Part shown: one piece after another, positions 25,226 to 39,316 of the stretch
Layout: every line of letters begins with the position of its first letter
Position numbering within the stretch: position 1 is the stretch's first letter
Assembly: GCF_001194135.2 (NCBI RefSeq)
Contig: NC_068988.1
Location: 65,511,041-65,572,040, forward strand
DNA from: Octopus bimaculoides
Taxonomy: Eukaryota
Direction of reading: 5' to 3'
DNA length: 61,000 bases
The notes under the pieces: model-generated
Told to the model about the DNA's origin: nothing
Database searches by the model: none
What the model saw: the letters and a program-made list of their open reading frames with translations, nothing else
Program-made: the position numbers and the translations under genes

Positions 25226-25883
25226 TAACTGGGGTGTCATATCTTTCATAACATACCCTCTCGTGTAGTAAATTATATATTATATATAATATTGCCCTTT
25301 TATAACCCCGAGTGGTTTAGTCTGCATTCATCCTATACAGTGATTACACAGTTTTTCCTTCAATTCCTGGACTCTCTGCCCTGTCAGTCAGAACAAGTAT
25401 GTTTCTAATGAGTTATCAGATAGTACCCCTCCCTTAGATATTCTTTATACTCCCTATGAACTATATAATTCTACATACAACAGTACCTGTAATATTATAT
25501 TTTATAAACTGCATCCAATGGTATCCTCATGTTTGTTTATTTCTTAATTTACTTTGTTAGGAATACCTCGACCTATCCTTATTACTTATTTACCTGTTAT
25601 TTCATTTTTTATTGTTTTTGATTTCTTTTTTTTTCTCTTATTAATTTTATTCTTTATATTTTATTTCTATCTTTATTTTGTTATCACTTAACTCTCCCTT
25701 ATTTTATAAATCCTGCGAGCACCTCTGATGAAATTATAATGGAGTATCCTGTCTGTTGAAAACCTACATTTTGAATCCGATGGCGTATTTCAAATTGATA
25801 TTATGCTTGCCTTCTTTGATCAAATGGAGCCGGCTGAAACGGCCATAATGCACTAATAGCTTGGCATCCTTGTTACTTATTTG

Positions 25884-25925
<42 letters not shown>

Positions 25926-26089
25926 NNNNNNNNNNNNNNNNNNNNNNNNNNNNNNNNNNNNNNNNNNNNNNNNNNNNNNNNNNNNNNNNNNNNNNNNNNN
26001 NNNNNNNNNNNNNNNNNNNNNNNNNNNNNNNNNNNNNNNNNNNNATATATATACATATATATATATATACATATATATATACACACACA

Positions 26090-26174
<85 letters not shown>

Positions 26175-26667
26175 GTGTGTGTGTGTTTCCAGGAATAGCG
26201 TACTCTGTTAGGAGGCACATCTCGAGGAATTTAACTACTGTCATTTCTAGCAAGTCGAGTAAACACGCAGAGGTTTCCCTCTTTGTGAGTGGTCTCTGAG
26301 CTTTATCGCTGCGAGGTTAATGAATGAAAGTTGATGACTAAATGTTGAAAAGAAACATATCCTCATTATGCACTCAATTTGAAACCACAGATCAAATTTT
26401 AGAAAACTCCCACACCTTACAGACGCGAAATTCTACCAAATTTAACCCTTCACCTTACTAAAGCATTTTCGTAAGTTTGCCTTAAACACCTAAGCTTGTT
26501 TTTAAATTTTCAGATGGCTCTTACGGTCTGGGGAACATTAAGTTTTACTTTCATGAGTCCCACGTTACTTTGGTGTTTGAAAAAAAATTCGGTATGTGTA
26601 TCATAAATGATGCATGGGCACCAGGGAAAGATGTATTGTGTATTACATGTGATATGCTAGGCAGGTA

Positions 26668-27063
26668 GGAGGCGCAATGGCCCAATGGTTAGGGCAGCGG
26701 ACTCGTGGTCATAGGATCAGAGTTTCGATTCCCAGACCGGGGGGGGGGGTTGTGAGTGTTTATTGAGCGAAAACACCTAAAGCTCCACGAGGCTCCCACA
26801 GGGGACGGTGGCGAACCCTGCTGTACTCTTTCATCACAGCTTTCTCTCACTCTTACTTCCTGTTTCTGTTGTGCCTGTAATTCAAAGGGCCAGCCTTGTC
26901 ACACTGTGTCACGCTGAATATCCCCGAGAACTACGTTAAGGGTAAACGTGTCTGTGGAGTGCTCAGCCACATGCACGTTAATTTCACGATCAAGGTGTTC
27001 CATTGATCGGATCAACTGGAACCCTCGACGTCGTAAGCGACGGAGTGCCAACAACAACAACAA
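26668..27063 (+). mobile_element. SINE family 1, full length, (AAC)n tail, 12-bp TSD
   Basis: Near-identical to 925-1302; TSD gctaggcaggta (26656-26667) / gctaggcaggca (27064-27075). Confidence 0.93.
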
Positions 27064-27762
27064 GCTAGGCAGGCAAAGGATTAAGTAAGGGATTTTGTGT
27101 CTGAAGCTGAGACGATAAGCTTTCAATAACATTGTAGACCACAGCTCGTTATCAAGTCGACTTCAAAATGATTTCATTAGGAAGACTATAAGCTACTCGC
27201 TGATTTAGTCTTTCATTCGCTGTTTCACAGAAGTTACAACTCAACACGGTTATACAATTATATCTTGTGAAACACTAAACACTGATTAAAAGAAAAAAAA
27301 AAACAACTAAAAATGTCCAGATACTAAATAACAAAAACGAAAAAAGTTCCACATTCATTCTAAAGTATTGAAAACATCAGCTAAATAGGCTTTTAGTTTT
27401 ACACAATAGGTTCTAGAAGGTGCATAGCGTGATGCAATATCAAAGNNNNNNNNNNNNNNNNNNNNNNNNNNNNNNNNNNNNNNNNNNNNNNNNNNNNNNN
27501 NNNNNNNNNNNNNNNNNNNNNNNNNNNNNNNNNNNNNNNNNNNNNNNNNNNNNNNNNNNNNNNNNNNNNNNNNNNNNNNNNNNNNNNNNNNNNNNNNNNN
27601 NNNNNNNNNNNNNNNNNNNNNNNNNNNNNNNNNNNNNNNNNNNNNNNNNNNNNNNNNNNNNNNNNNNNNNNNNNNNNNNNNNNNNNNNNNNNNNNNNNNN
27701 NNNNNNNNNNNNNNNNNNNNNNNNNNNNNNNNNNNNNNNNNNNNNNNNNNNNNNNNNNNNNN

Positions 27763-27833
<71 letters not shown>

Positions 27834-27942
27834 ACATATATATACAAATTTACATATATACATAAAATATATACGTATATAAATATGTACGTATATACAC
27901 ATATATATACATATATATATAATATGTATATATAAATAAATA

Positions 27943-27982
<40 letters not shown>

Positions 27983-27998
27983 AATATTTAAATATATA

Positions 27999-28035
<37 letters not shown>

Positions 28036-28845
28036 GCATACATATATATATATATGTGTATGTGCATATATGTGTATCTGTATACATATATCTATATACG
28101 TATGTATTGAGAATCATTTTAATTTCCCCCTTTTTGCGTGAGACTGTGACATATGTCTGTGTCTGCTTGTGTGTGTGTGTGTCTGTGTAAATGTGTGTGT
28201 GTGCGTGTGTATTGTCTGGGTTTATAGATTCATTTTTTTGCGGTCTTTTCATGCTTCCTTTTATTTTCTATCCTATAAGAGCATACCAATTTGTAATATA
28301 GAGTGTAAAAAAGCAATTATGTTCAATGCTGCCGATGGTTATTATGAGAGATTGAGATCAATATATCCATTGGTATTGCTTTTATATTGCTCGCTTAACT
28401 TCTCTGAAATGCTAAAAAGTCTTTATGCATTGTACATACATACATACATACATACATACATACATACATACATACACCCACATATATATATTGTTATATA
28501 TGTGTATATATATTTATATAATATATATACTTTGTATATGTATGTATATGTATATATATATTACTGGCGGTGCCCCAGCATGGCCACAGCCACAGCCACA
28601 GGGCTGAAACATAAAAGAATAAAAGAATACACACATATAAGCCTATGTAAGCGCACGTAGGTACGGTTATGTACTTATAACTGTCCACAAGCTATACACA
28701 CAGGCGGGCGTCAATTGAAGCGTATAAACATGGTGTGAGAATAAATAACCACATTTACATAGCAATATGCATACACACATGCATGCACACACAAACATAT
28801 ATATATCATATATATATATATCTACAATTACTCTCTCTCTCTCTC

Positions 28846-28910
<65 letters not shown>

Positions 28911-29178
28911 NNNNNNNNNNNNNNNNNNNNNNNNNNNNNNNNNNNNNNNNNNNNNNNNNNNNNNNNNNNNNNNNNNNNNNNNNNNNNNNNNNNNNNNNNN
29001 NNNNNNNNNNNNNNNNNNNNNNNNNNNNNNNNNNNNNNNNNNNATATTTATTATAGAAGATTAACAAAACATTGAGACTAGATATTTTACACATATTTAA
29101 ATATATCAAATATCTATCTTTCATGAAGATTTCAAGAGAATGGAATAAATATTTCGTAAGTTATGAGGAAATAAATAA

Positions 29179-30408
29179 TCTTCCAAACTGCAACGGACAA
29201 AAGTTAAGGGTCACTTAGAAAAATAATTAAAAATGGAACAAGACCCAAAAAGAAACCCATACTATTTATATTTTGTGAACATCCCTTTACTATCAATGAC
29301 CTCCTGACATCTGTTACCACAGGACTGAATTAATTTCTTGCAAAATGATGGAGTAATATTGTTCAATTCGTTTTTCAGTAATTCTCAGAGTTGGTTCTTT
29401 GGATTTCTGCTTCGTGCCCCATCTCCAAATATCTTCCAAGCGTTTTCTGTAGGGTTTAGATCGGGACTTTGAGGTGGCTAGTCCATGAGATCAACCCCTT
29501 CATCACTCAAAGAACCTTTGAATCTCTTTGCAGTGTGACAGGGAACGTTGTCCTGCATGATGATAGGAGGTTGAACTGACGAGGATCGGAGATGTGGAAG
29601 GGCATGGTGTCTCAGGATCTGCTGGTAGATTTCAGCATTGACAGCCCTTTGTATACAAATAAGTGGACCAGGGTCAGCAGCAGAAATCACTTCCCATACC
29701 ATTACACTGCCCCCTCCATATGTCACTGTTTTCTTCACACATGCACAGGATAAACTTTCGCCACTTCTTCGTCGAATGTACATCCCGCCATCGGAACCAA
29801 TCACATTAAACTTCGATTCATCACTAAAATGAACCTGCGACCACAGTTCTTCTGTCCAAACGCTATGTTCGTGAGTGAAACGAAGACAGGCTCTTTGATT
29901 CTCCTTAAAGATCAGAGATTTCTTTGCTAGTGCCCGAGCAAGCAACCCAGAACCTCGTAACCTCCGAGAAACTGTTTTGAGCGATACGTTGACATCGGAA
30001 GTTGAGCTAAACTCGCAGGATGTCTCAGCAGCACTCTTAAACCTATCTTTCAGTGACATTCTAACCATAATACGATCCTGTCTTGGCGAAGTTCTACGAG
30101 GTCTATCAGTTTTAGTTTTAACATCTGTCGATCCTGGTGACTTAGAACGAGCTATAATTCGTTGTACAACACTTCTAGACCTTCCTACAGAAGTTGCTAT
30201 CAGAATTTGACTTGCCCTCTTATTGAAGGCACACAATCCTTTGTTTTTCATCACAGGACACCAGTCATCTCTCACAAGCCGCAATGTTTCAATAATGTAA
30301 GTTCATAAGAAGTAACTGTTAGCCCATTAACCATCTTCTAAACAACAAATGCCTCGACTAAGTAGTCCATTTTTTCTAAGTGACCGTTAACCCTTGCAAT
30401 TTGGAAGA
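29179..30408 (-). mobile_element. Tc1-like DNA transposon, ~1.23 kb, degenerate TIRs
   Basis: Left tcttccaaactgcaacggacaaaagttaagggtcacttagaaaaa versus reverse complement of the right end tcttccaaattgcaagggttaacggtcacttagaaaaa. Confidence 0.8.
29262..30284 (-). pseudogene. Tc1 transposase pseudogene (DD34E)
   Basis: HTH region RSVVQRII...DRPRRTSPRQDR; catalytic FSDESKF, MQDNVPCH and *PPQSPDLNPTEN with 34 residues between D and E; in-frame stops at the W of WPPQSPD and further downstream. Confidence 0.93.
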
Positions 30409-30477
30409 CACACCACACACAGACACACACACATACATACATTAACATGTATGTATGTATGTATGTATGTATGTATG

Positions 30478-30539
<62 letters not shown>

Positions 30540-30594
30540 CACATACACATGTATGTGTATATTGGAATACATGCACAGTCAAAAACCCGAAGAA

Positions 30595-30720
30595 AAGACG
30601 CACATGAATATAACAGTTCAAATTCCGCCGAGGTCGACTATGCCTTTTATCATTTCGGTGGTCAATGAAATTGACTAGACTTTTCCCCCAAAATATCAGG
30701 TTTTGCATCTATAATGGAAA
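30595..30720 (+). mobile_element. Partial SINE family 2 copy
   Basis: gttcaaattccgccgaggtcgactatgccttttatcatttcggtggtc. Confidence 0.7.
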
Positions 30721-31607
30721 ATGATTATCATCAGGAAACAATTTGTATGTAAAGAATTTTCCATGCCAAATATTAATCTTAATTCACGTTCAGTTAACTC
30801 CATACAGCGTTTTATTCTAAAAATTCAGCTTTTTCTCCTACGACAAGTATTTCGCATAAATTTATTATTTATTTCCCTGAATCGAAAACAAGCTAAAAAC
30901 ATAGTAAAGAAATATATGAATGTGTACAATATTTTTTCTTGTATTTTCTTTAATGACCAATTTAAACGAACTTCAATTAACATATCACGTTTGCAGTTTT
31001 CGATAAAGCTTATAACATAGTTTCCTTTCTCTATTTCTAATAAAGAATAAATATCTTAATCTTGCCTGTACTTGAACTAATATCTTTAAACATGAAGAAA
31101 GTATTCTAATCATTTTAAATAAATTAATTATTAAAACGATTCCATCATGGAAAAATACAAACACCAGATATTAATTTACATAATTTGCCTTATTTGCTTT
31201 CATCATAAACCTCTTGTTGTGGCATACATCTTAATTCTATTCTATTCCGATTGCTTATTAAACATTTTTTCAGGATGAGTCATCTTAATTACGTCTAATA
31301 GAGTTTTCCTGAGAGGGCATTAAGGAAAATTTGCATCTTTATTTGACGTTCTCTCATGAATTACATAAAAAATAAATATTTAATAGTTTATTTTATTAAC
31401 AGTGCTATTGACACATGGCTTGCCTTTTGAGACTAATAGTGGGATCGTTGGAGGAAAATAGAGAGGGGGAAGATGTTCTCAAACTAGCGACTTTGCTCGG
31501 CTGTTTGCAATTGGGTAGACTCTGCTAAAGATACTCAACAAGCAGGGACGATGTTTCAACCATGTGATTGAAGTGAGTCTTCAAATCACTAACATATACA
31601 ACCCGAA

Positions 31608-31828
31608 GGCGGCAATCATGCAGAATCGTTACCACGCCAAACAAAATGCTTAGCGGCGTTTCGTCTGTCTATACGTTCGTTCGGAGCACAAATTCCGCTG
31701 TGATCAACTTTGCCTTGCATCCTTTCGAAGTCGATAAAATAAGAACTATTTGAGCACTGGGGGTCTATGTAATTGATTTATCCCCTTTCCCAAAATTACT
31801 GGCCTTGTACCAAAATTTGAAACCAATT
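31608..31828 (+). mobile_element. SINE family 2 copy
   Basis: aaggcggcaatcatgcagaatcgttacc...ggccttgtaccaaaatttgaaacc. Confidence 0.8.
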
Positions 31829-32348
31829 ATATACACAGCTCAACCAACACGACTGTTTATAGATTCTGTGTATCGAATTTCATCTTGAAAGTTGAGATAC
31901 CCAAGTTTATCGAGTAAAATAATTGCCTAAATTGCTGCACAGTGAAATTACATAGAAAATCACGTGAATTCGAGGCAAAAAAATAAACAACTTCCATGTC
32001 AGTGATTGATACTTAATAATCACATAAAACAAAGTTAGTAACATTGTGTTTGGTTGAATGGAAGGCTTAAAACGTTTGATACGGTCGCAGTAACTTCATT
32101 GTAACATTTTGATAATATGGCGTAGGTCGTCCTTCCCTAGTTTTAAACACGGTCGATTTCTTGCAGAAGACTAGAACTTTATTGACCATGAAAGGATGAA
32201 AGATGTAGTTAACCCCAATGAGATTTGGCTCAGCATATAGAGCCTCAAAGAATACTGCGAGGTATTCTATCCTCCGTTCTCATGACTCTACCAACTCACA
32301 AGCTCTGTGTATAACGATTGTATGTAAGTATGGACAAACACTCACATA

Positions 32349-32567
32349 TACTCTTTTACTCTTTTCCTCATTTACTTGTTTCAGTCATTTGACTGCGGCC
32401 ATGCTGGAGCACCACCTGTAGTCGAGAAAATCGATCCCAGGACTTATTCTTTGTAGGCCTAGTACTTAATCTATCGGTCTCTTTTGCCGAACCGCTAAGT
32501 TACTGGGACGTAAACACACCAGCATCGGTTGTGAAGCAATGTTGGGGACACACACACAGACACACAA

Positions 32568-32644
<77 letters not shown>

Positions 32645-32808
32645 TACGACGGGCTTCTTTCAATTTTCGTCTACCAAATCCACTCACAAGGCTCTGGTCG
32701 GCCCGAGTCTATAGTAGAAGACACTTGCCCAGGTGCTACACAGTGGGACTGAACCCGGAACCATGTGGTTGGTAAGCAAGCTACTTACCACACAGCCACT
32801 CCCGCGCA
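32349..32808 (-). mobile_element. SINE family 3, full length, with internal (CA)n(TA)n
   Basis: Minus strand: gcgcgggagtggctgtgtggtaagtagc...gggttcagtccc head, internal microsatellite, 3' end ggtggtgctccagcatggccgcagtcaaatgactgaaacaagtaaa and a (gagtaaaa)-type tail. Confidence 0.92.
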
Positions 32809-34210
32809 TATATCTATAAAGTATTTTTTCTTTTATGTGATAAATTACATTTTACTAACATAAAAGTTTGGACAACGAAGAATGTTAACATAATTTTGGT
32901 ATTGCCTTCTTTTGAGTGATATCATAAGCTCTATATTGCTATTATTTAATACCCTGCAGAATTATGATCATTCGCATTCCAGCTATGCCCATCCTGTCTT
33001 TCTTTGCTCAGGTATATGATATCTAGGACTGAATTATCCAGTATCTTGTTCTAGGCAGAGTGTGATGTGAGGAAGATGTGGTTGCTATTCTAATAAATAG
33101 CATAACTTGTCACAAGCTTCATCGTCGACTCAAATACTTTATACTTCTTTAAAATGCAAGGAACTATAGAGAACGAACTTTCTATGTAGTTGACTTAGAA
33201 TCACAACTCTCTGGTATCGACAGTACAGGTAGCAGTGATATGCCAGGATTGATTCACTACCAAAATTTCAATATTTGCAAATTTTATTCTGTGTACAGTC
33301 AAAGACAATTAGTAATTTAATCATTTGTTCATTAAATGACTCCAGCTTAGCAGAATGTCGAAAGTGTATCGTCTCAATAGCAACATTCTGATTCCAATGA
33401 GCTTTTATAATGTAGTGATATATATATATATATATATATATANNNNNNNNNNNNNNNNNNNNNNNNNNNNNNNNNNNNNNNNNNNNNNNNNNNNNNNNNN
33501 NNNNNNNNNNNNNNNNNNNNNNNNNNNNNNNNNNNNNNNNNNNNNNNNNNNNNNNNNNNNNNNNNNNNNNNNNNNNNNNNNNNNNNNNNNNNNNNNNNNN
33601 NNNNNNNNNNNNNNNNNNNNNNNNNNNNNNNNNNNNNNNNNNNNNNNNNNNNNNNNNNNNNNNNNNNNNNNNNNNNNNNNNNNNNNNNNNNNNNNNNNNN
33701 NNNNNNNNNNNNNNNNNNNNNNNNNNNNNNNNNNNNNNNNNNNNNNNNNNNNNNNNNNNNNNNNNNNNNNNNNNNNNNNNNNNNNNNNNNNNNNNNNNNN
33801 NNNNNNNNNNNNNNNNNNNNNNNNNNNNNNNNNNNNNNNNNNNNNNNNNNNNNNNNNNNNNNNNNNNNNNNNNNNNNNNNNNNNNNNNNNNNNNNNNNNN
33901 NNNNNNNNNNNNNNNNNNNNNNNNNNNNNNNNNNNNNNNNNNNNNNNNNNNNNNNNNNNNNNNNNNNNNNNNNNNNNNNNNNNNNNNNNNNNNNNNNNNN
34001 NNNNNNNNNNNNNNNNNNNNNNNNNNNNNNNNNNNNNNNNNNNNNNNNNNNNNNNNNNNNNNNNNNNNNNNNNNNNNNNNNNNNNNNNNNNNNNNNNNNN
34101 NNNNNNNNNNNNNNNNNNNNNNNNNNNNNNNNNNNNNNNNNNNNNNNNNNNNNNNNNNNNNNNNNNNNNNNNNNNNNNNNNNNNNNNNNNNNNNNNNNNN
34201 NNNNNNNNNN

Positions 34211-34243
<33 letters not shown>

Positions 34244-34649
34244 TATATAACAGACGGTTTCTGAATCTTTGGTATATGCCTTACCTGAAAATGTAATGTA
34301 ACAAAAGTTAGAAAATCTACTATTTTATCCTACATTGTGAATTCTGTTGATCAGAACTCCTTTTTTGAAAGCATATTCGTCAATTACATTCACATATCTG
34401 TCACTCAGTTTAACGTATATTTTCGAATTGTTGCCGCTTTATCGGTACAAATAATATTGTTAACAGAAAGTATATAAATTGAGCAAGTGAACAATTTATT
34501 CAAGAAAATTCCCCACTATAATTAAAGTAATGTATATCTGAGAGAAAGGGACTCCTGTACAATATTTGAAATATTCTTGAAAATTTAATAAGTTTGGTTT
34601 GTTTGTTTGATTGAGCATAATAAAGAAATTAGATTAAATCCCAATATTG

Positions 34650-35075
34650 ACTTCAAATTTTGGCACAAGGCCAGCAGTTGTCGGGGAGGGGGGAAAGTCG
34701 ATTACATCGACACCAGTGCTCAACTGGTAATTATTTTATCGACCGCGAAAGGATGAAGGGCAAAGTAAACCTCGGCAGAATTTGAACTCTGAACGTAAAG
34801 GCGGACGAAATGCTGCTAAGTATTCTGCCCTGTGTGCTAACGATCCTGCTAGCTTACTGCCTTCAGATTAAACCCTAAATTGGCTTCAAACTTTGGCGCA
34901 AGGTCAGCAATTTTAGGGTGGTAGTAAGTCGATTCAACTGGTACTTATTTTATCGGCTTGAAAGGATGAAAGGCAAAGTCAACCTCATCAGAATCTGAGA
35001 TCAGACTGTCAAAACGGACGAAATACCTCGAAGCATTTTGTCCGGTCTGCTAACGATCCTGCCATCTCACCGCCT
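34650..35075 (-). mobile_element. Two tandem SINE family 2 copies bounded by three copies of a target-like motif
   Basis: Bodies ~34650-34864 and 34884-35075; gattaaa(t/c)cc(c/t)aa at 34632, 34866 and 35078. Confidence 0.85.
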
Positions 35076-38000
35076 GGGATTAAACCCTAATATGCTAATG
35101 TGAAATTAGAATTAGAATTAGAATAAATCTTATTGTAATCATTTAAAAGTTTCATGGTGGAAAGTAAACATTAAAGTTATATGTTTATGAGTGCAGATGT
35201 GAGTAAATATTCTAGTTGTTGTTGTTAGTGTTGTTGTTTCGCTCCAATTTATGCTGATGGAACAGACTTACAACAAAAGGTCATTATCCCCAACTTCTCT
35301 ATCATTTTAAGACAAATGGATGTGGGCTCTAAATTTTTCTATTTCCTCCTAGATATGCGTTCAAATAAGGGTTTCCTTGATGGTTTGTGTTTTTCTAAGT
35401 AGTTGTTTAAACCAGCGAGTATGATTACACCTGAAGAGTTGAAGATCATAAACATGACCGTACAATTAAGAAGTGTTCTTCACAATCACATGAATATTAG
35501 TTTAGTCCTATTTACAGTACAGTAAAATAGGCATGAATTTCCAGCATGCATTTGCTCAGCCCAAGACATATGAATTAAACAGGATTGATAGAAATTGTGT
35601 GATACATATCCGATGAGATGTACCTGTAATTGGTAATGATTGTTTGACGTCACATGATTTAATAGCACCACTTGGCTTTTGCAAGCCTTTCGCAGTTTTT
35701 ACTCTGTTACAGATATTTTGACCTTTCCTACTTTTCCTTGATGCCATTTGTGACAGCGTTTCTCAGAGCTGGCCAAGACACTTAAACTAGTACAATGTCT
35801 GTTAGCACGTTACTAATGACTGTTTTTGTCGACTTTATAATACATTACATTAATGGGTAGCATTATCATCACTGTTGGGTGCAGAATGGTTAAATGATGA
35901 AGTTCGCTTCGCACCGATCCCACTGCATGGCTTCTTGGGTAAAAGACTTTTACGATAGCCTCGGGTCGACCCAAACCTTATGAGTGAAACTGAGTAGATG
36001 GAAACTTAATGGAAGCCTGTGGCATGAAATGTACTTGTAATTCAAATGTGTAGCCATGTCATGCATCGTGTCACATAATTACAAGCATCCGTAGAGTAAT
36101 ACTAAATTGCTTATACATTTGCTTGAACAACTGAATATTCATCGTCGAAAATGACGGAAATCCATTTATGTTTTATCCCCGAGGGAATATAGAAAGTCTT
36201 TTCAGGATTATTACTTATTTGCTTGATAAAGCACCAAAGCGATATCTCCCTCCGTTTTATTGAGAAAAAAAACAACTTATAAACGACACATTATTAAGGC
36301 CCCCAAAATACGCTAGATTTTAATTTAAGAAATATCTTATTTATACACATCCATAACTTCGTTATTTTTATTGCTTGGCATTGTTTTTCATGCTTGTTTT
36401 TCTTCAGATATATTTTCTGATATTTACTCAGGAAACATGATATAAGGATAAAATAGAATACTTATAGAAAGACACGCATACAGATAAACACACACACACA
36501 CACACACACACTTTAAACAATGATACATAACGATAAGCACATACATAAAAATACATATCGTACAAACAAATCTATTTTCGTCTTTGTCTTTTATCTTCAT
36601 CTTTCCTACTTAAATCTTTCATTATTTCGCTTTGCGCTTTTTTCTTCTGTTCCACAAATAAGATAATAAAGTGTTTCAAATATTCAGTGGTCGATGAATG
36701 AGAGAGACGAAAAGTGCAGCTGGCTCTCGTGAGGCGGAATAAAGAGGAAGAAACTGATAGCAACTCTTTGATTAAAATCAATTAATTGTTTTGGAACGTT
36801 CGATTCTAAAAACGATAATAGCAGTTCTAGTAATGGCCATTATTGATATCGATGCTATTTATGATAAATATCCTTCGACAATCGTTAGTCCCTTTATTCT
36901 TCAGCAATAACCAATCCCTTTATTTAGATAAACCTCCCATTCTTCAACAATTCTTGCTCCCTTTATAAAAACAAAATCGCTCCCAATCGTTCCTCTATTC
37001 ATAAAACCTCCATTCTTAAATAATTGTTGTTCCCTTTAGTTATATAATCCACAACATCATACAACAATCGCTTCTCCTTTTTTTTCTGATAAAGTTATTG
37101 TAGAAATATTATTGTCCTTATCAACATCCGTAGCAAGTTGTTATTGTTGCGCTGTTTTTTTAGCCCGAGGTTATCCCCGAATAAACGTACATTTGATAAA
37201 AAGTAATCGATCCATGACTTCTTTTAAAAATACGTAAGACCATATTGTTAACTTTGGCTTTCGTTGCTTCTTCATTCTTATTTCATTCCTATTGTTGTTA
37301 TTTAACATCAGTTATCTGATCAAAGACATTCCCCAACGTGACAATCTTGACTTTCTTAGACACAGCATATATTGCGACTATAAAAGCAAATACGTATTCC
37401 CTTAGTTAAAACGAGAGGGTAAAAATTTAAAGGTATTGTGTCTGCTTTTTGTTTCATATTTCATAGTTTTTCTTTTGTGATGGACCCATATATATTTTTG
37501 GTGCTATTTTATATTGATGATTTTATTGCCATCACTTTTGATATTTTTCGTGGAGCTATTGTGTGGTGATATGATCCATAAACTGTGTATGTAAATTGTG
37601 ATAAATCTTCAGGATGTTCTCTAGTCAACCAATGGGGAAGCCTATGCTTGACTAGGTATAAATAACATGTAAAGCTCCCACAAATTTCACTCTGCCAGTT
37701 TAAAATCGGACAAGTTGTACGCCTGACTATCTATTAGTGTGGACAATCAGGGCGAATCTGAGGCTAAAGAAGAGACAGAAGGGTAAAAAGAGGAAAGCAG
37801 AGGAGGGGAAAGAAAAGGGGAGTAAAAGAAAGAAGAAGAAGAAGAAGGAGAACAACAACAACAACAACAACAACAACAATAACAACTATAGCTACAAATA
37901 CAACTCTGAAGCAGTTCAGCAATTTTATTCTAATTTATTCTTCGATAAACCCTGGCTGACTTTATCAAATATAGTTGAACGCTGAGTAGCATTCAAGAAC

Positions 38001-38701
38001 GTAATACATCGGTCACATACAACGAGAAAAACTATCTCATTTACTTTGTCTTTCTGTTGATATTCCTCCTGGGCAATATCTATCATTCCGGTTGAATCCC
38101 ATTATCAAAATAGTTTGTTCAACAACATAGTTAAAAAAACAGATTACACGAAGTTCTGATAACTGGGCGATTTTGAACAATTTCAGAAGGAACATTAATA
38201 AATATGACAAGTGCAATTCGTGTGAGGATACTTATTATAGAACAGACATTAGGCAGGAGAAAGAGAAGAAAAGAAAAACAAAATAAAAAAAAATTATTGT
38301 GAATCTGAACAATATTTACCGTTTGCATAATTGGATATAATATTGAAGTTGTAGTAATATATACTTATAAATATTGCAGAAATAAGACTTATGTCTCCTG
38401 TTTTCGACCAGTCGGATGTTTCACTTAAAGGTCCATAACAGGGGTTTAAGTAACCTCTGTGTGCTCCACACTGTAGTGTACTGCACTTACATTACTATAG
38501 TTTCACTGGCTTATTGTAGAAAGATTATTTAAGTCGTTGGATTTCGCCTCTCTTTCGCTGATTATTGCTATTAGTTCATGAATATGCATACATAAGCAGA
38601 CACATGTACATACAATGTGTAAACTAAAGCTAAAAACATGATGGACTGTGACAGGAATATAAAAACCCTTTGGAGAAAAAAGGTATATTCAAAAGAACGT
38701 G

Positions 38702-38746
<45 letters not shown>

Positions 38747-39268
38747 CAAAATCAGCAACACACACACACACACACACACATTTGTATATATATATGTATA
38801 TCAAAATCAGCAACACACACACACATATATAATTATATCAAGTGACCACTATCTGGTACACTTTCCCTTATCTCTATCTTTGTATTCCTTTTCTTTCTTT
38901 ACTTTATTCCTCCTATTATTTTCTTCTTCCTTTTTATTTCTCCTTCTCTTCCCCATTTTTTTCTGTATTCCTCTCTTCCTGTTTTCCATTTGACCATACT
39001 AATACATTCCCTACTTCTAGCTCACTTTAAATAAAACCCTTCATTCAATAACACTGTGTATAAACTCTATACTTGGAATGACCAATTCTAAAGACTATTG
39101 CATTTTACTCATAAGGTATTGGAATCTTATATGTATACCATTCTGCCTAAATAGTGGATTTACAAATACAATATCTCTACATATCTCACATCTATTTTCG
39201 TTCCTCCAATTCACTCCCTATTTCGTATCTTATCTAAATTAACTATTGCTTAACTATCCTCTCACATC

Positions 39269-39316
39269 GTCTCCGATGAAGGGATATAAGAAATATCCTG
39301 GAAACAGTTGTAAGAT
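39269..39316 (+). ncRNA. Minimal type I hammerhead-like motif at a probable PLE 3' end (~39010-39370)
   Basis: GUCU-CCGAUGA-AGGGAUAU(AAGAA)AUAUCCUG-GAAAC-AGUU-GUA-AGAU: helix I UCU/AGA, helix II GGAUAU/AUAUCC, near-palindromic ACAGUUGU helix III; U4 is replaced by C. Confidence 0.65.

Noticed and set aside
25725-25850. CUGAUGA...GAAAC downstream of the PLE GIY-YIG remnant as a hammerhead
   Set aside because: The position is suggestive, but I could not form helix II or a GUH-containing helix III.
35556-36781. Short ORFs MASRKSRKG... and ...EQKKKAQSEIMKDLSRKDEDKRQRRK
   Set aside because: No recognisable domain or convincing splice context; possibly TE-derived.
38131-38286. Open plus frame ...NKYDKCNSCEDTYYRTDIRQEKEKKRKTK*
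   Set aside because: Weak acceptor, no recognised homology; a length like this is expected by chance.
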